Part shown: piece after piece, positions 50,630-60,090 of the stretch | Layout: each line of letters opens with the position of its first letter | Position numbering within the stretch: position 1 is the stretch's first letter | Origin: Oligoflexales bacterium | Lineage (GTDB): Bacteria > Bdellovibrionota_B > Oligoflexia > Oligoflexales > Bog-1112 | Direction of reading: 5' to 3' | Length of the DNA: 64,000 nucleotides | Assembly: GCA_045106415.1 (NCBI GenBank) | Contig: JBGCEP010000010.1 | Span: forward strand, 72,091-136,090 | Made by a program: the position numbers and the translations under genes | Notes under the pieces: generated by a model | What the model saw: only the letters and a program-made list of their open reading frames with translations | Database searches by the model: none | Told to the model about the DNA's origin: nothing

Positions 50630-51550
50630 GTGGGCTTAAGGATAAAAACCAATATTGCTTCTTTGAATGCTCGTCGTAATTTGAATTCATCTACGAATAC
50701 TCAAAGACGTGCGATGGAAAAACTATCTTCAGGTCAGCGTATTAATCGCGCAGCTGATGATGCAGCAGGACTTGCTGTCTCTGAAAATATGCGTGCAGAT
50801 ATTCGCTCTCTTGAGATGGCTCGCAGAAATACATCAGACGGTGTTTCTCTTGTTCAAACAGCAGAAGGAAGCTTGGTTGAAACGACCAATATTCTTGTGC
50901 GTTTGAGAGAACTGGCTGTTCAATCAGCGTCCGATACAATTGGTGATAAAGAAAGAGAATTTCTTGATAAAGAATTTCTACAGCTCAAAGACGAAGTTGA
51001 CCGAATTGCACGTTCGACGGATTTTAATGGAACGCGGCTTCTTCTCGGGGGTTCAGATCGTCCTGATGATTATGGTTCAGGTGGGAATAGCAATCCATTA
51101 GAAATACAAGTGAGTAAAGATTTTTATGAAGATTCAGATGCTATTGATGTTCGCAACCCAGTCAATATCATTAAGGTTTCCTTTGCGAACTTAAATAGTA
51201 CAACAACAGGTGAAGGTTCTTTAGATATCGGCGAGCATGAAGATGGGGCTCGTGTTCATAGAAAAGAAGATGCACAACACAGTATTATGAAGCTTGATAA
51301 AGCACTTTATAAAGTAAATGACTACCGATCTTATTTAGGATCTGTTCAAAACCGCCTGACATCCACGATTAGAAATTTAGGTGTCCAGGTGGAAAATCTT
51401 GAGGAATCGAGGAGCCGTATTCGCGATGCAGATTTTGCAGCTATTACGGCTGAGATGACGCAAGCAAATATTCTTCAACAAGCAGGTGTTTCTGTTCTAT
51501 CGAATGCAAATAACCAACCACAAATCGCACTTTCATTATTAGGTGGTTAA
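50630..51550 (+). CDS. fliC: Flagellin
   Basis: GLRIKTN, LSSGQRINRAADDAAGL, SRIRDAD, ILQQAG; SD AGGAGG. Confidence 0.96.
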   Translation: MGLRIKTNIASLNARRNLNSSTNTQRRAMEKLSSGQRINRAADDAAGLAVSENMRADIRSLEMARRNTSDGVSLVQTAEGSLVETTNILVRLRELAVQSASDTIGDKEREFLDKEFLQLKDEVDRIARSTDFNGTRLLLGGSDRPDDYGSGGNSNPLEIQVSKDFYEDSDAIDVRNPVNIIKVSFANLNSTTTGEGSLDIGEHEDGARVHRKEDAQHSIMKLDKALYKVNDYRSYLGSVQNRLTSTIRNLGVQVENLEESRSRIRDADFAAITAEMTQANILQQAGVSVLSNANNQPQIALSLLGG

Positions 51551-51759
51551 AAAAATCTTTTTTAACTATCTGACATTACGGCCGTAGGTGTTTATAATCC
51601 GCAGCGGCTGTTTTTTCATATGTAGATAGGTGGCTGTACTTTTTCTTATGGAAATGAAACGGTTTCATTTTGAGTAACGTTCATGTTGTCGATTTCTACA
51701 AGTGTTTTTTAATATAGATACTCTAATATTCTGTTTTTGAAGAAAAAACTATCAACGGC

Positions 51760-51786
51760 TTAAGTTTTTGACTGAATCGCCGATAA
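51760..51786 (+). promoter_or_regulatory. Sigma28 (FliA) promoter
   Basis: TTAAGTTT-N11-GCCGATAA, near-perfect match to TAAAGTTT-N11-GCCGATAA. Confidence 0.75.
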
Positions 51787-51828
51787 GTATAATATCGGAA
51801 GTTTGAATTCATAATGATAGAGGTATTT

Positions 51829-51942
51829 ATGAAAGTATCACGTACAAGTCGAGAAATTACAGAAGATTCAGGTTTTATTCTCATGAATGTTTTATTAGCC
51901 GTTTTTGCGCTTGGAATGACACTTACAGCTTTATCAATCTAG
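51829..51942 (+). CDS. 37-aa membrane microprotein (not in ORF track)
   Basis: SD GAGGT; MKVSRTSREITEDSGFILMNVLLAVFALGMTLTALSI; sigma28 promoter upstream. Confidence 0.6.
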   Translation: MKVSRTSREITEDSGFILMNVLLAVFALGMTLTALSI

Positions 51943-52209
51943 TTTTTCATCGTTAGAGGTGTAGGATGAATTTTGTTCAGTGTCTTCAACAGCTGTGAGA
52001 TGTTTTTTTTCAGAACTTTCAGCTTTAGGGTTACTTTTATGTAGTAACTCTAAAGCTTTTTTGTCTTTCTCTATGACGGGGCGAGGTGGAAACCAGCTTG
52101 AAGAACTGTCATAACTCTTTAAAGACTCACCTCTTTGAAATCTTTGTAAAAGGTCTTCATTGTGCTTTTTACGGATTTCATCTGTGCTTTTTTTATCAAA
52201 ATCTCTCAA
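51934..52209 (-). CDS. Hypothetical hydrophilic protein
   Basis: SD AGGAGG before TTG start; directly follows the upstream gene. Confidence 0.55.
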   Translation of the reverse strand: MRDFDKKSTDEIRKKHNEDLLQRFQRGESLKSYDSSSSWFPPRPVIEKDKKALELLHKSNPKAESSEKKHLTAVEDTEQNSSYTSNDEKLD

Positions 52210-52225
52210 CTAAGACCTCCTTTTT

Positions 52226-52834
52226 TTAGAGTCCAATCTCAATACCAGCTCTTAAATTTTGTGAGTTTAAAGCAATTTTTTCATTCTGGTTTGATTGAAG
52301 AAATGAATGAAAACTTTTTTGCCATTCGAGAAGAGCTCCAACCGAGGGGGCAAGTGTAAATGCGCATCCAAGCCCTAAACTATGACCTTTTTCAGACCAC
52401 GTGTTTGAGTAAGGTCCATATGAAGTTCGGTTAGGCTGGTACGTGTGAGTTTTTAGTCTTTCGTACTGACTTGATATTAAACTTGAAAAACGCGCATATG
52501 GAGCAAAGCTTTGAAGAGGAAACCATGTGTAGACTTCTGCTTTGAAACTATAACCATAAAGAACGTCAGAACTCTTTGAATTCACATGAGAAAAGTAAAT
52601 ACTTTCTCTCGCAGTAGATGCACCGATAGCAACAGGAATGTTTGGGTCGATGTTCCAGTGTGTGGCCAAGCTCATCGACGAACCTTGTCCTTTGCCGCGC
52701 ATATCTTGTGATTGCGCTCTACCTTCAAGGTTAACAACCCTTCGTCCGCTAAGCACTTGGAAATCAAAGATTGCCACAGCTTGCACAACTGGTGTGTTTG
52801 TTAACAACATCCAGAGTGTGAATAGTGCTCTCAT
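52226..52834 (-). CDS. Putative outer-membrane beta-barrel protein
   Basis: Signal peptide; alternating strands; ends LRAGIEIGL. Confidence 0.5.
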   Translation of the reverse strand: MRALFTLWMLLTNTPVVQAVAIFDFQVLSGRRVVNLEGRAQSQDMRGKGQGSSMSLATHWNIDPNIPVAIGASTARESIYFSHVNSKSSDVLYGYSFKAEVYTWFPLQSFAPYARFSSLISSQYERLKTHTYQPNRTSYGPYSNTWSEKGHSLGLGCAFTLAPSVGALLEWQKSFHSFLQSNQNEKIALNSQNLRAGIEIGL

Positions 52835-52943
52835 AAATAATCCTTAATAACAGACACTACGATCATAACATAGTTCTTTGCTCTGTAATTTTTAAAGACA
52901 TGCTAATCTTATTACAAATGTTTTGTGATAGAGGGCTCTATTT

Positions 52944-53795
52944 GTGAAGGTCTGGTTACTGCTTTGTTCTTTGTGTGTATTGAGTTGTGGTACAGAGGAA
53001 CTGTCTCTTGTAAAAAAACAGGGGCCTTGGCCACTGTCTGGGGAAAAGACGCCTGATCCAGTTTTTTCTCCTTTTGGCCCTCGAATTTTTAAAGAATCTT
53101 ACGGGTTATCCAGTGGTGTATATTTTAAAGCAAGTCCCGATCAAGAGGTTTACTCTGTTGAGGAAGGTCTCATTGTGAAGTCTGTCACAAAGGACAACGC
53201 TAAAGAAGACTTGGGTAGGCTCTTAGTGGTTGCTCATAAGCCTTTACAAGATATTATTCCTCATCAGACAGTTTATGGCGGATTGTCTTCTTTTTCTGTT
53301 AAAAAAGGAGACTATGTGCAAAAAGGAGATCTTTTAGGCTTTGTCTCTGATACAGGTGTGGGAGAATCCCAACTTTATTTTGAATATCGACAAAATATCA
53401 CAGGCCATAGTTTAGAAGAATGGAAGTCTGTTCATCCGCTTAAAATTTTGCCCTGTGATCCTCAACCCCCATCTGTGTCCCTAGTGAGGCGTGCTCAGGA
53501 TCTAGAGCTTGTTTTGTCACAAGAGGGGCCGTGTTTGGATGTTTTCGGGTTTGAGGTTTATGCGTGGAAAAAGCAAAGAATCGTTATTGATTTTGAATCA
53601 AGAATGGGATTGGACTCCTCTTTGACAACTCCCTCAAAAGTGTATGAAGGAGTTGATATGAACCCAGTTTTTGACTCAACCACTCAAACCTGGAAGCTAA
53701 CAGTTTATATATCAGGAGAATGGTCTAGCGTTTCTGAGGTTGGTCTTAATGTAAAAAGAATTGGTAAGGTCGAAGAGTTTAGTTTTTCTTTATAG
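52944..53795 (+). CDS. Lipoprotein with degenerate M23/LytM domain
   Basis: LSC lipobox; VKKGDYVQKGDLLG..DTG...QLYFEYR; Zn ligands absent. Confidence 0.7.
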   Translation: MKVWLLLCSLCVLSCGTEELSLVKKQGPWPLSGEKTPDPVFSPFGPRIFKESYGLSSGVYFKASPDQEVYSVEEGLIVKSVTKDNAKEDLGRLLVVAHKPLQDIIPHQTVYGGLSSFSVKKGDYVQKGDLLGFVSDTGVGESQLYFEYRQNITGHSLEEWKSVHPLKILPCDPQPPSVSLVRRAQDLELVLSQEGPCLDVFGFEVYAWKKQRIVIDFESRMGLDSSLTTPSKVYEGVDMNPVFDSTTQTWKLTVYISGEWSSVSEVGLNVKRIGKVEEFSFSL

Positions 53796-53797
53796 TA

Positions 53798-54946
53798 TTA
53801 CGGAGCTGGAGCTTCTTCCGGTGCGCCAGCATCAACCCAAGCTTTGAACATTGCGATTTCAGCTGGAGTTAGAGCTGTTGCGTTATTCGGGGGCATAGGG
53901 CTGTTTGCATTTTCAATCCGAGCAAGGGATTGAGTGGCTGTGCCACTCAATCCATCGAAAGTTCCTCGGTTTGCGTGACAGCTGACGCATTTAGCGTCAA
54001 CAATCGTTTTGATGTTGTCAACATAGTTGATGACAGCTGCTTCTTCAGCAGCCTCATCTTCTTCACCTTCATCAGACTCTTCATCTTCGTCAGACCCTTC
54101 GTCCTCATCTTCAGACTCTTCATCTTCGTCAGATCCTTCGTCTTCATCTTTATCAGATCCTTTGTCTTCAGAATCTTCGTCTTCATCAGATCCTTCGTCT
54201 TCATCAGATCCTTCGTCTTCATCAGATCCTTCGTCTTCATCTTCTGATGTCGAAAGGACTGAGAAAATTTCTTTTTCCAGACCTGCTGCTGTACCTGCTG
54301 GCTGTAGTGTCATGCGAAAGCTTAGTCTCATAGATGAGCGACCTTTTAAATCTTCTGCTCGGATGAGAAGAGCATCTGACTGATACATCACTTGCGATAA
54401 ATCACTTGATGGACGAACAACCTTCTTGTTATCAGAACTTTTTGTATCTTCACCTTCAGACTCTTCATCTTCGTCAGAGTCCTCATCTTCGTCTTCGTCA
54501 GAATCCTCATCTTCGTCTTCGTCAGAATCTTCATCTTCATCCTTAGAATCATCTTCATCTTCATCTGCTAGACGAAGGCTTGCACCCTCATTTCCGTAGC
54601 GTAGAGTTGCAAGATAAGAGCAACCAGAAACAAACTTTGTAGATGTGATTTTAGATCCATCTTTATATTTGCCTTGAATGAAAATGTGATCTTTCTTCAG
54701 TGCGTCTTGGCACTTTTGCTCAACAACTTCTACTAGAAGCTCGTAACGCTCGACTAGGTCCTCAGCGTCATCTTCATCGACCTTTGACGTGACAAGGTCG
54801 GCGCGATCAGGAAGTGTGAAAAAAACCTCCAGCCCATCTCCAGGTAGAGCATCGGCAGATTGAGCAGGCGAACTTTTCTTCTCGCCGCAGCTGATCATGA
54901 AACCCACCAAAAATAAGCTCCACAGAGCTCGACTTAAGACCATCAT
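53798..54946 (-). CDS. Lipoprotein with acidic repeat linkers and C-terminal c-type cytochrome
   Basis: ISC lipobox; SD AGGAGG; CVSCH...MPP...WVDAGAP. Confidence 0.75.
   Translation of the reverse strand: MMVLSRALWSLFLVGFMISCGEKKSSPAQSADALPGDGLEVFFTLPDRADLVTSKVDEDDAEDLVERYELLVEVVEQKCQDALKKDHIFIQGKYKDGSKITSTKFVSGCSYLATLRYGNEGASLRLADEDEDDSKDEDEDSDEDEDEDSDEDEDEDSDEDEESEGEDTKSSDNKKVVRPSSDLSQVMYQSDALLIRAEDLKGRSSMRLSFRMTLQPAGTAAGLEKEIFSVLSTSEDEDEGSDEDEGSDEDEGSDEDEDSEDKGSDKDEDEGSDEDEESEDEDEGSDEDEESDEGEEDEAAEEAAVINYVDNIKTIVDAKCVSCHANRGTFDGLSGTATQSLARIENANSPMPPNNATALTPAEIAMFKAWVDAGAPEEAPAP
54052..54246 (-). repeat. 18-bp-unit coding tandem repeats (SDEDEG)
   Basis: TCAGATCCTTCGTCTTCA repeated with variants. 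Confidence 0.85.
54446..54566 (-). repeat. 24-bp-unit coding tandem repeats (SDEDEDED)
   Basis: TCAGAATCCTCATCTTCGTCTTCG variants. Confidence 0.8.
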
Positions 54947-54998
54947 ACTTAATCCTCCTTGCCATAGTATATAGACGCTTCAGCGCCAGTTAATGACC

Positions 54999-55025
54999 TA
55001 TTCGGATCCAAAGTGCGATTCTTAG
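54999..55025 (-). promoter_or_regulatory. Possible sigma28-type promoter of the acidic lipoprotein
   Basis: CTAAGAAT-N11-TCCGAATA on the minus strand. Confidence 0.4.
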
Positions 55026-55124
55026 AGTTTTAATCTGTAGGATGTGAAAAACATTTTAATATTCATATGTTATCAATGCATAAAAATGTGATGTAAAAAA
55101 ACGCAAGATTTAGAGTGTGCAAGA

Positions 55125-56912
55125 TTACTTGGTTTTTAATGAAAGTCTGGAAATCGGAAGAAATACTACAAGTTTTAGGAAAAACGGCAATTTTTTAATC
55201 ACCTCCCTTAAAAAACAGGTTGTTAATGCAAAAATAAAGAGAGCTGTTGTGTAGAAACAAAAAGCATCGAAGGCATAAGGGGTTTTAATAATTGTGAATG
55301 ACTGTTCCTGGGGTATTGTATGTTTCTTAAGCCATAGCGCTATACTTGCCCAAGCTTTTGCTTCAGAGGAATGTGAAGAGTTGAGAGTGTGGAGTTTGAA
55401 GTTTTTACTTTTTTTTCCTTGAGAGGTTCTCGGAGTAATATTTAACAAACCATAACTGAGATCTTGAATCTGCCAAAGGTAAGACCCACCAAAAGAAGTT
55501 GTTGCAACACTGTAGAGTTTGTAAGGGTCTAAGGGTGTTTGATCTATAGTGAGGTTAAAGTCATATATTTTAAAAAAAGGTGGGCGATATGTGTTGATTG
55601 CAATATGAGCTCCTGAGAAAATTGGTTCAAAATCAGAATCTGTAAATTTAGATAAAAAGAGCATGCTTTCAAGAAGATTTATGATCTCATATCCGTAAAA
55701 CCATGCTTTGAGTATCGCTGCTCCTGGGGTGTCATCTCTAACCCCTTGGCCAAGAGGAAGAATCTTAAAAACTGTATCGACAGTCCATGGGGTTGTTGTG
55801 CTTTGTGGGTAGATCTCTCCTGCGCCAACCATTGAGAAATCAGATTGTGCGTATTCTCGGATGGCTTCTGCGACAAGGAGCTGTGTTTCTTGAGAAGAGA
55901 TGCTTTGTTTTGTGGGTAGAGGCTCTTTCCAGGATAAATGAAGATCTTTTTCGAGGTCTTTATTGGCAAGAGATCTCCATTCAGCGATATCATGTGCAAG
56001 GCTGTGAGCGAAATCACCAGAGGGTGTTAGGGAAATAGGATGAAGTTTTGCGCTTATAACTGTGTTGTCTGGAGTGTGGATGTCGATATGCCCAACGAAC
56101 TGGAGGTGAGATCCAGCTTGAACAACCCAGTTGTTTTTTTGTTTTAAGGGGAGTTGCAGTGCGGTGTGAGAATGCCCGCCAATAATAAGGTCTAGATGCT
56201 GTGTTTTTGAGAGCTCAATATCGTCACCCTCCCAAAGGCCACTTTCTTGAAGGTGAATCCCACCATGAGATAGAGCAATAATATATTTTGCTCCTTCTCT
56301 TTTAAGTTTTGATACAAGTTGTTGGGCTGTGGAGTAAGGATCTTGAAAATGAAATTCGCTTGACGTTTTTATGTGTTTTTGTGCGTGATTTCCCATCAAC
56401 CCAATAAGGCCAATTTTTAAACCGTTTTTTTCAATGATCAGAGATTTTTTAAAAGATTTGAATTGAGGATCGTTTTGAAGGAGCAGAGTGTTGAGACTTA
56501 AGTTGGATGCTAAAATTTGTGGATGAGTGTGATGAGTGGCTTTAAGGATTTGGCTAAGTTTATGAATGCCGAAATCAAGTTCATGGTTACCTAAAGTGGT
56601 CGCGTCGAAATTAAGTTTTCCCATGAGGGTAAAACCACCGCCAGTTTTATGAGCAATGGTGTGATAAAGAGACCCCATAAGTGTATCCCCGGCATCAACT
56701 GTGATTGTGGGGTAAGGAGACTGGGTTTGAAGTTCTTGAATTTTTGCTAACGCCATAGGGGCGTAGTCCAAATTAGATTGCCAATCATTTGTATAGATAA
56801 CACGAAGGTTTTTAGGGTCAGGAGCTGAGAAAACTCGGGCTGAAAATGAAGAAAGAAGAATGCAAAATAGATATGGCATAGTGTGAATTCCGCTGATTTT
56901 TCTTATAAACAA
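55125..56912 (-). CDS. Bifunctional metallophosphatase / 5'-nucleotidase
   Basis: TND, DAGD, LGNHE, LSHGG, GGHSH; signal peptide and C-terminal TM. Confidence 0.85.
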   Translation of the reverse strand: MFIRKISGIHTMPYLFCILLSSFSARVFSAPDPKNLRVIYTNDWQSNLDYAPMALAKIQELQTQSPYPTITVDAGDTLMGSLYHTIAHKTGGGFTLMGKLNFDATTLGNHELDFGIHKLSQILKATHHTHPQILASNLSLNTLLLQNDPQFKSFKKSLIIEKNGLKIGLIGLMGNHAQKHIKTSSEFHFQDPYSTAQQLVSKLKREGAKYIIALSHGGIHLQESGLWEGDDIELSKTQHLDLIIGGHSHTALQLPLKQKNNWVVQAGSHLQFVGHIDIHTPDNTVISAKLHPISLTPSGDFAHSLAHDIAEWRSLANKDLEKDLHLSWKEPLPTKQSISSQETQLLVAEAIREYAQSDFSMVGAGEIYPQSTTTPWTVDTVFKILPLGQGVRDDTPGAAILKAWFYGYEIINLLESMLFLSKFTDSDFEPIFSGAHIAINTYRPPFFKIYDFNLTIDQTPLDPYKLYSVATTSFGGSYLWQIQDLSYGLLNITPRTSQGKKSKNFKLHTLNSSHSSEAKAWASIALWLKKHTIPQEQSFTIIKTPYAFDAFCFYTTALFIFALTTCFLREVIKKLPFFLKLVVFLPISRLSLKTK

Positions 56913-57111
56913 GTTATATCACAAAGAATCTGTTTTTTTTGGAATGTCGATGGCTTGCGCTATTTGGCTGTGTATATTATTTTGCAACCGCATTGTGTCG
57001 ATGAGTGAACCTCATTTTTGTGATTTCGTAGTTGTTATCTGAAGATGAAAAAGGTTGAATAGACACAAAGTCCACGAGAACCTCGTTGACAGAAGGTGAA
57101 GAAAGGGTTGT

Positions 57112-57735
57112 ATGGGATTGGATACAAAACTAGAGTGTTTTTCGCAAACGACTATTCCTCTAGAATGGGGGGAATTTGATGTGCGTGTTTATAAAGATCC
57201 CAATGACCAAAGCGAAGTCTTTGTTGTCTCACAAGGTCGTGTGTCTCATACTGATGACCCTATTTTTGTCCGAATTCATTCAGAGTGCTTAACGGGAGAA
57301 GTCTTTCATTCCTTGAAGTGTGATTGCCGAGAACAGCTTCAAGCTGCGATGGATGATATAGCAAAAGCAGGCCAAGGCCTTCTGATTTACTTAAGACAAG
57401 AAGGGCGAGGAATAGGATTAGGGCAAAAAATAAGAGCGTATGAATTGCAAAAACATGGTCATGACACAGTGACCGCGAATTTAGCGCTAGGATTTGAAGA
57501 AGATAGCCGAAGCTTTACCTTTGCATGTGACATTCTTAAGAGTCTTGGATTAAAGAATATTAAGATCAATACCAATAACCCTGAAAAAATAATAGCTTTA
57601 GAGTCTGAAGGATTTCATATTGTCGAGAGAGTTCCTTCTGCTGTTAGCCCGCAGAAGCACAATATCTCATATCTTCAAACGAAAAAACAAAAATTGGGTC
57701 ATCAGCTTGACTTAGAGGCTGGTGAAAAAACTTAA
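57112..57735 (+). CDS. ribA: GTP cyclohydrolase II
   Basis: RIHSECLTGEVFHSLKCDC, QEGRGIGL, TNNPEK. Confidence 0.95.
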   Translation: MGLDTKLECFSQTTIPLEWGEFDVRVYKDPNDQSEVFVVSQGRVSHTDDPIFVRIHSECLTGEVFHSLKCDCREQLQAAMDDIAKAGQGLLIYLRQEGRGIGLGQKIRAYELQKHGHDTVTANLALGFEEDSRSFTFACDILKSLGLKNIKINTNNPEKIIALESEGFHIVERVPSAVSPQKHNISYLQTKKQKLGHQLDLEAGEKT

Positions 57736-57744
57736 AAAGTATGC

Positions 57745-58206
57745 TTAGCCTTTGAGACAGACATGTAAAAGTCTGTCAAAAGTTGAAGCGAAGGCTCTTT
57801 TGTCTTTTTCTCCATAAGGGGGAGGTCCTCCATGGATAAGTCCGGCATCTCTGAGCTGCTCAGATAAATTCCGATGTTGAACTCGAGAAGCGATGTCATG
57901 CTCTGTAAATTCATGGCCTCTGTGGTCAATTGCTAAACCACCTCTTTTTATGATTCTTTCAGCTAATAGAATGTCCCCAGTAATGACCATATCTTTCGGT
58001 TCAACATTTTCTGCTATGAAGTCATCAGCTGCATCTGGTTCTGTCGGTACAATGTGAAATTCACATGGTGGTGGTGGATTCTTATGTTTATTTGCAATCA
58101 TCCAAATACGAAAATGACGCCTTAAAGCTGCTTTACAAGCGATTTCTACTATGATTCTAGGACACCCGTCACCGTCGATCCAAAGTTTCCATGATTTTGA
58201 GCTCAT
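57745..58206 (-). CDS. YaiI/YqxD (DUF188) family protein
   Basis: IDGDGCP, DAADDFI, VITGDILLA, GGPPP. Confidence 0.9.
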   Translation of the reverse strand: MSSKSWKLWIDGDGCPRIIVEIACKAALRRHFRIWMIANKHKNPPPPCEFHIVPTEPDAADDFIAENVEPKDMVITGDILLAERIIKRGGLAIDHRGHEFTEHDIASRVQHRNLSEQLRDAGLIHGGPPPYGEKDKRAFASTFDRLLHVCLKG

Positions 58207-58331
58207 TTCATATCCTTTTCTCTTTTTTGTTTAGAGATGAAAAGCAGGTTGATATTAGCGGTATATTGATATTTTCTCTATTATTTTCTTGTTGGTGTTT
58301 GAAAAGAAGTGCTTAGCTTAGCCTTTGTGGT

Positions 58332-58486
58332 CGCTGTCATGGATCTGTCAGTATTTGTCTATTTGCATGATCTTCTTTTTTCAACGACGCCAGAGTTCTC
58401 TTTCCTATGCAGAAAAAGCCAGGGCTTTCCTCCCCACAAGCAGTCACGGTGCAACTCACGGCCTGATTATTCAGATTTATCGCTGC
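58332..58486 (-). ncRNA. Orphan IS607-type TnpB right-end/omegaRNA scaffold (copy A)
   Basis: Aligns by eye with the 3' end of the tnpB remnant at 62928-63095 (GCAGCGATAAATC..AATCAGGCCGTGAGTTGCAC...ACAGC); no tnpB upstream. Confidence 0.7.
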
Positions 58487-58766
58487 TGTCGGGTGATCCT
58501 AATCACAGTCACTCTTGTGTGGACTTCCGGCTCCTGAGGACTTATTTCACATAAGGATAAAAGATTTGTTTGTATGTTATTGACTGTTGTTGTCTTTGAA
58601 TTCATTTTTTGAGTATTCTTTCGATAAAAATAATCTGAATAATCATACTATTATTGGACTCTGCTCATCTTATTAATGATTGCCGTTGTAGCACTTAAAA
58701 GTCAGGACAAATTCTTGTTTGAATGTTAAATTACCATGCTTGCTAGACTAAAAAGACGAGGTAAGG

Positions 58767-60062
58767 GTGAAAAATCAAGGGCAAATTGCAGCTAGAAAAC
58801 TTAAGGGTTTTCAAGATTATATGCCGCAGGTCATGGCACAAAGAGTTCGTGTTATGGAAACGATGCGTGCCGTAGCAAAAAATTCTGGGTTTCAAGAAAT
58901 TGGTTCCCCGTGCCTGGAGTATTCTGAAGTTCTTTTAGGTGAAGGTGGAGAAACTGATAAACAAGTGTTTCAGTTTGAAGATAACGGTGGCCGTTCCGTT
59001 GCTATGAGGTTTGATCTCACAGTCCCTTTTGCTCGTTTTATTCAAGAGCACCAAGGAGAGCTGACTTTTCCATTTAAACGCCTACAAATAGGAGATGTGT
59101 GGAGAGCAGAAAAACCCCAAAAAGGCCGTTACCGCGAATTTCAGCAGTGTGACCTTGATATTATTGGAACAGACTCTGTGGATGCGGATGTTGAAATTTT
59201 ATTGGCTTTTCAAAATATTTTGGAAAATTTAGATGTCGGTGAATTTACTATGAAGATTGGACATCGTAAAATTTTAACAGATCTTATAATCCACTTATTG
59301 GGTCATCAAATTGATATCGACCAAACGCTTATTTCCTTAGATAAACTCGATAAAATAGGGTCCGATAAGGTTGCGGAATTAATCAACCATGAACGAGCTC
59401 ATGAGCTTTTGTTTGTGTTAAAACCTGATTCAAGTGGCCATACAAATCTTGTTAAGGTGCAAGAGTATCTTGGTGAACACTCAGAATTATCAAGGCTGCG
59501 CCAAAGCCTAGAGATCATGGATTCCTTGGGGAAGAAAGTGCGAGTCGATTTATCTATTGCTAGAGGTTTAGGCTATTATACTGGGATTGTTTTTGAAACA
59601 TTTTTAAATGATATCCCTGGCGGTGGTAGTGTCTGCTCTGGGGGGCGGTATGATCGTCTTGCTGAACGGTTTGGCAAAACTGAACGCCCAGGTGTCGGTG
59701 GCTCTTTAGGTCTTGATCGTTTGATTGCACTTTTGGGCTGTGAAGATCTTCCTCAGAAAAGTGAAGATGTTTTAGTTGTATCGCTTACTTCTACAGCGAA
59801 AATACAAGCATGGCAGTGGGTGGAACAACTGCGACAAGCAGGTTGCTCTGCTGGATTAAGCCTTAAAGAAACACCAAAACCTGCGCAACACTTTCGTCAT
59901 GCGGATCGAATTGGAGCTCGATGGGTCATTTTGATAGGTGAAAAGGAACTGCAAAACGGATTTGCAGTACTGAAAAATATGGCGACTAGTGAGCAGTGTC
60001 TAGACTCTTTAAGTATTGGGTCTGTGATTTCAGATGAAGTCCTAAAGAAGTTAAGAGTATAG
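58767..60062 (+). CDS. hisS: Histidyl-tRNA synthetase
   Basis: RFDLTVP, WRAEKPQKGRYREFQQCD, RGLGYYTG, GGRYD. Confidence 0.97.
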   Translation: MKNQGQIAARKLKGFQDYMPQVMAQRVRVMETMRAVAKNSGFQEIGSPCLEYSEVLLGEGGETDKQVFQFEDNGGRSVAMRFDLTVPFARFIQEHQGELTFPFKRLQIGDVWRAEKPQKGRYREFQQCDLDIIGTDSVDADVEILLAFQNILENLDVGEFTMKIGHRKILTDLIIHLLGHQIDIDQTLISLDKLDKIGSDKVAELINHERAHELLFVLKPDSSGHTNLVKVQEYLGEHSELSRLRQSLEIMDSLGKKVRVDLSIARGLGYYTGIVFETFLNDIPGGGSVCSGGRYDRLAERFGKTERPGVGGSLGLDRLIALLGCEDLPQKSEDVLVVSLTSTAKIQAWQWVEQLRQAGCSAGLSLKETPKPAQHFRHADRIGARWVILIGEKELQNGFAVLKNMATSEQCLDSLSIGSVISDEVLKKLRV

Positions 60063-60080
60063 AGCTCTTAACTTCTTTAG
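60042..60080. terminator. Perfect 16-bp inverted repeat at the convergent hisS/serS junction
   Basis: CTAAAGAAGTTAAGAG-tatagag-CTCTTAACTTCTTTAG. Confidence 0.7.
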
Positions 60081-60090
60081 TTGTCAGTTT

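Noticed and set aside
53930..54383. Alternative-frame ORFs (poly-Ser, FIRSFV, MKTKDL repeats)
   Set aside because: Shadows of the acidic repeat in the minus-strand lipoprotein
54052..54566. Tandem repeats as a possible CRISPR array
   Set aside because: No unique spacers, in-frame coding repeats, no cas genes
56913..57111. FMN riboswitch upstream of ribA
   Set aside because: Only AGTCCACGAG resembles the RFN element; the other conserved blocks are missing
58309..58554. Short plus-strand ORFs of 81 and 70 aa
   Set aside because: Antisense to the omegaRNA-like remnant, with no recognisable protein features
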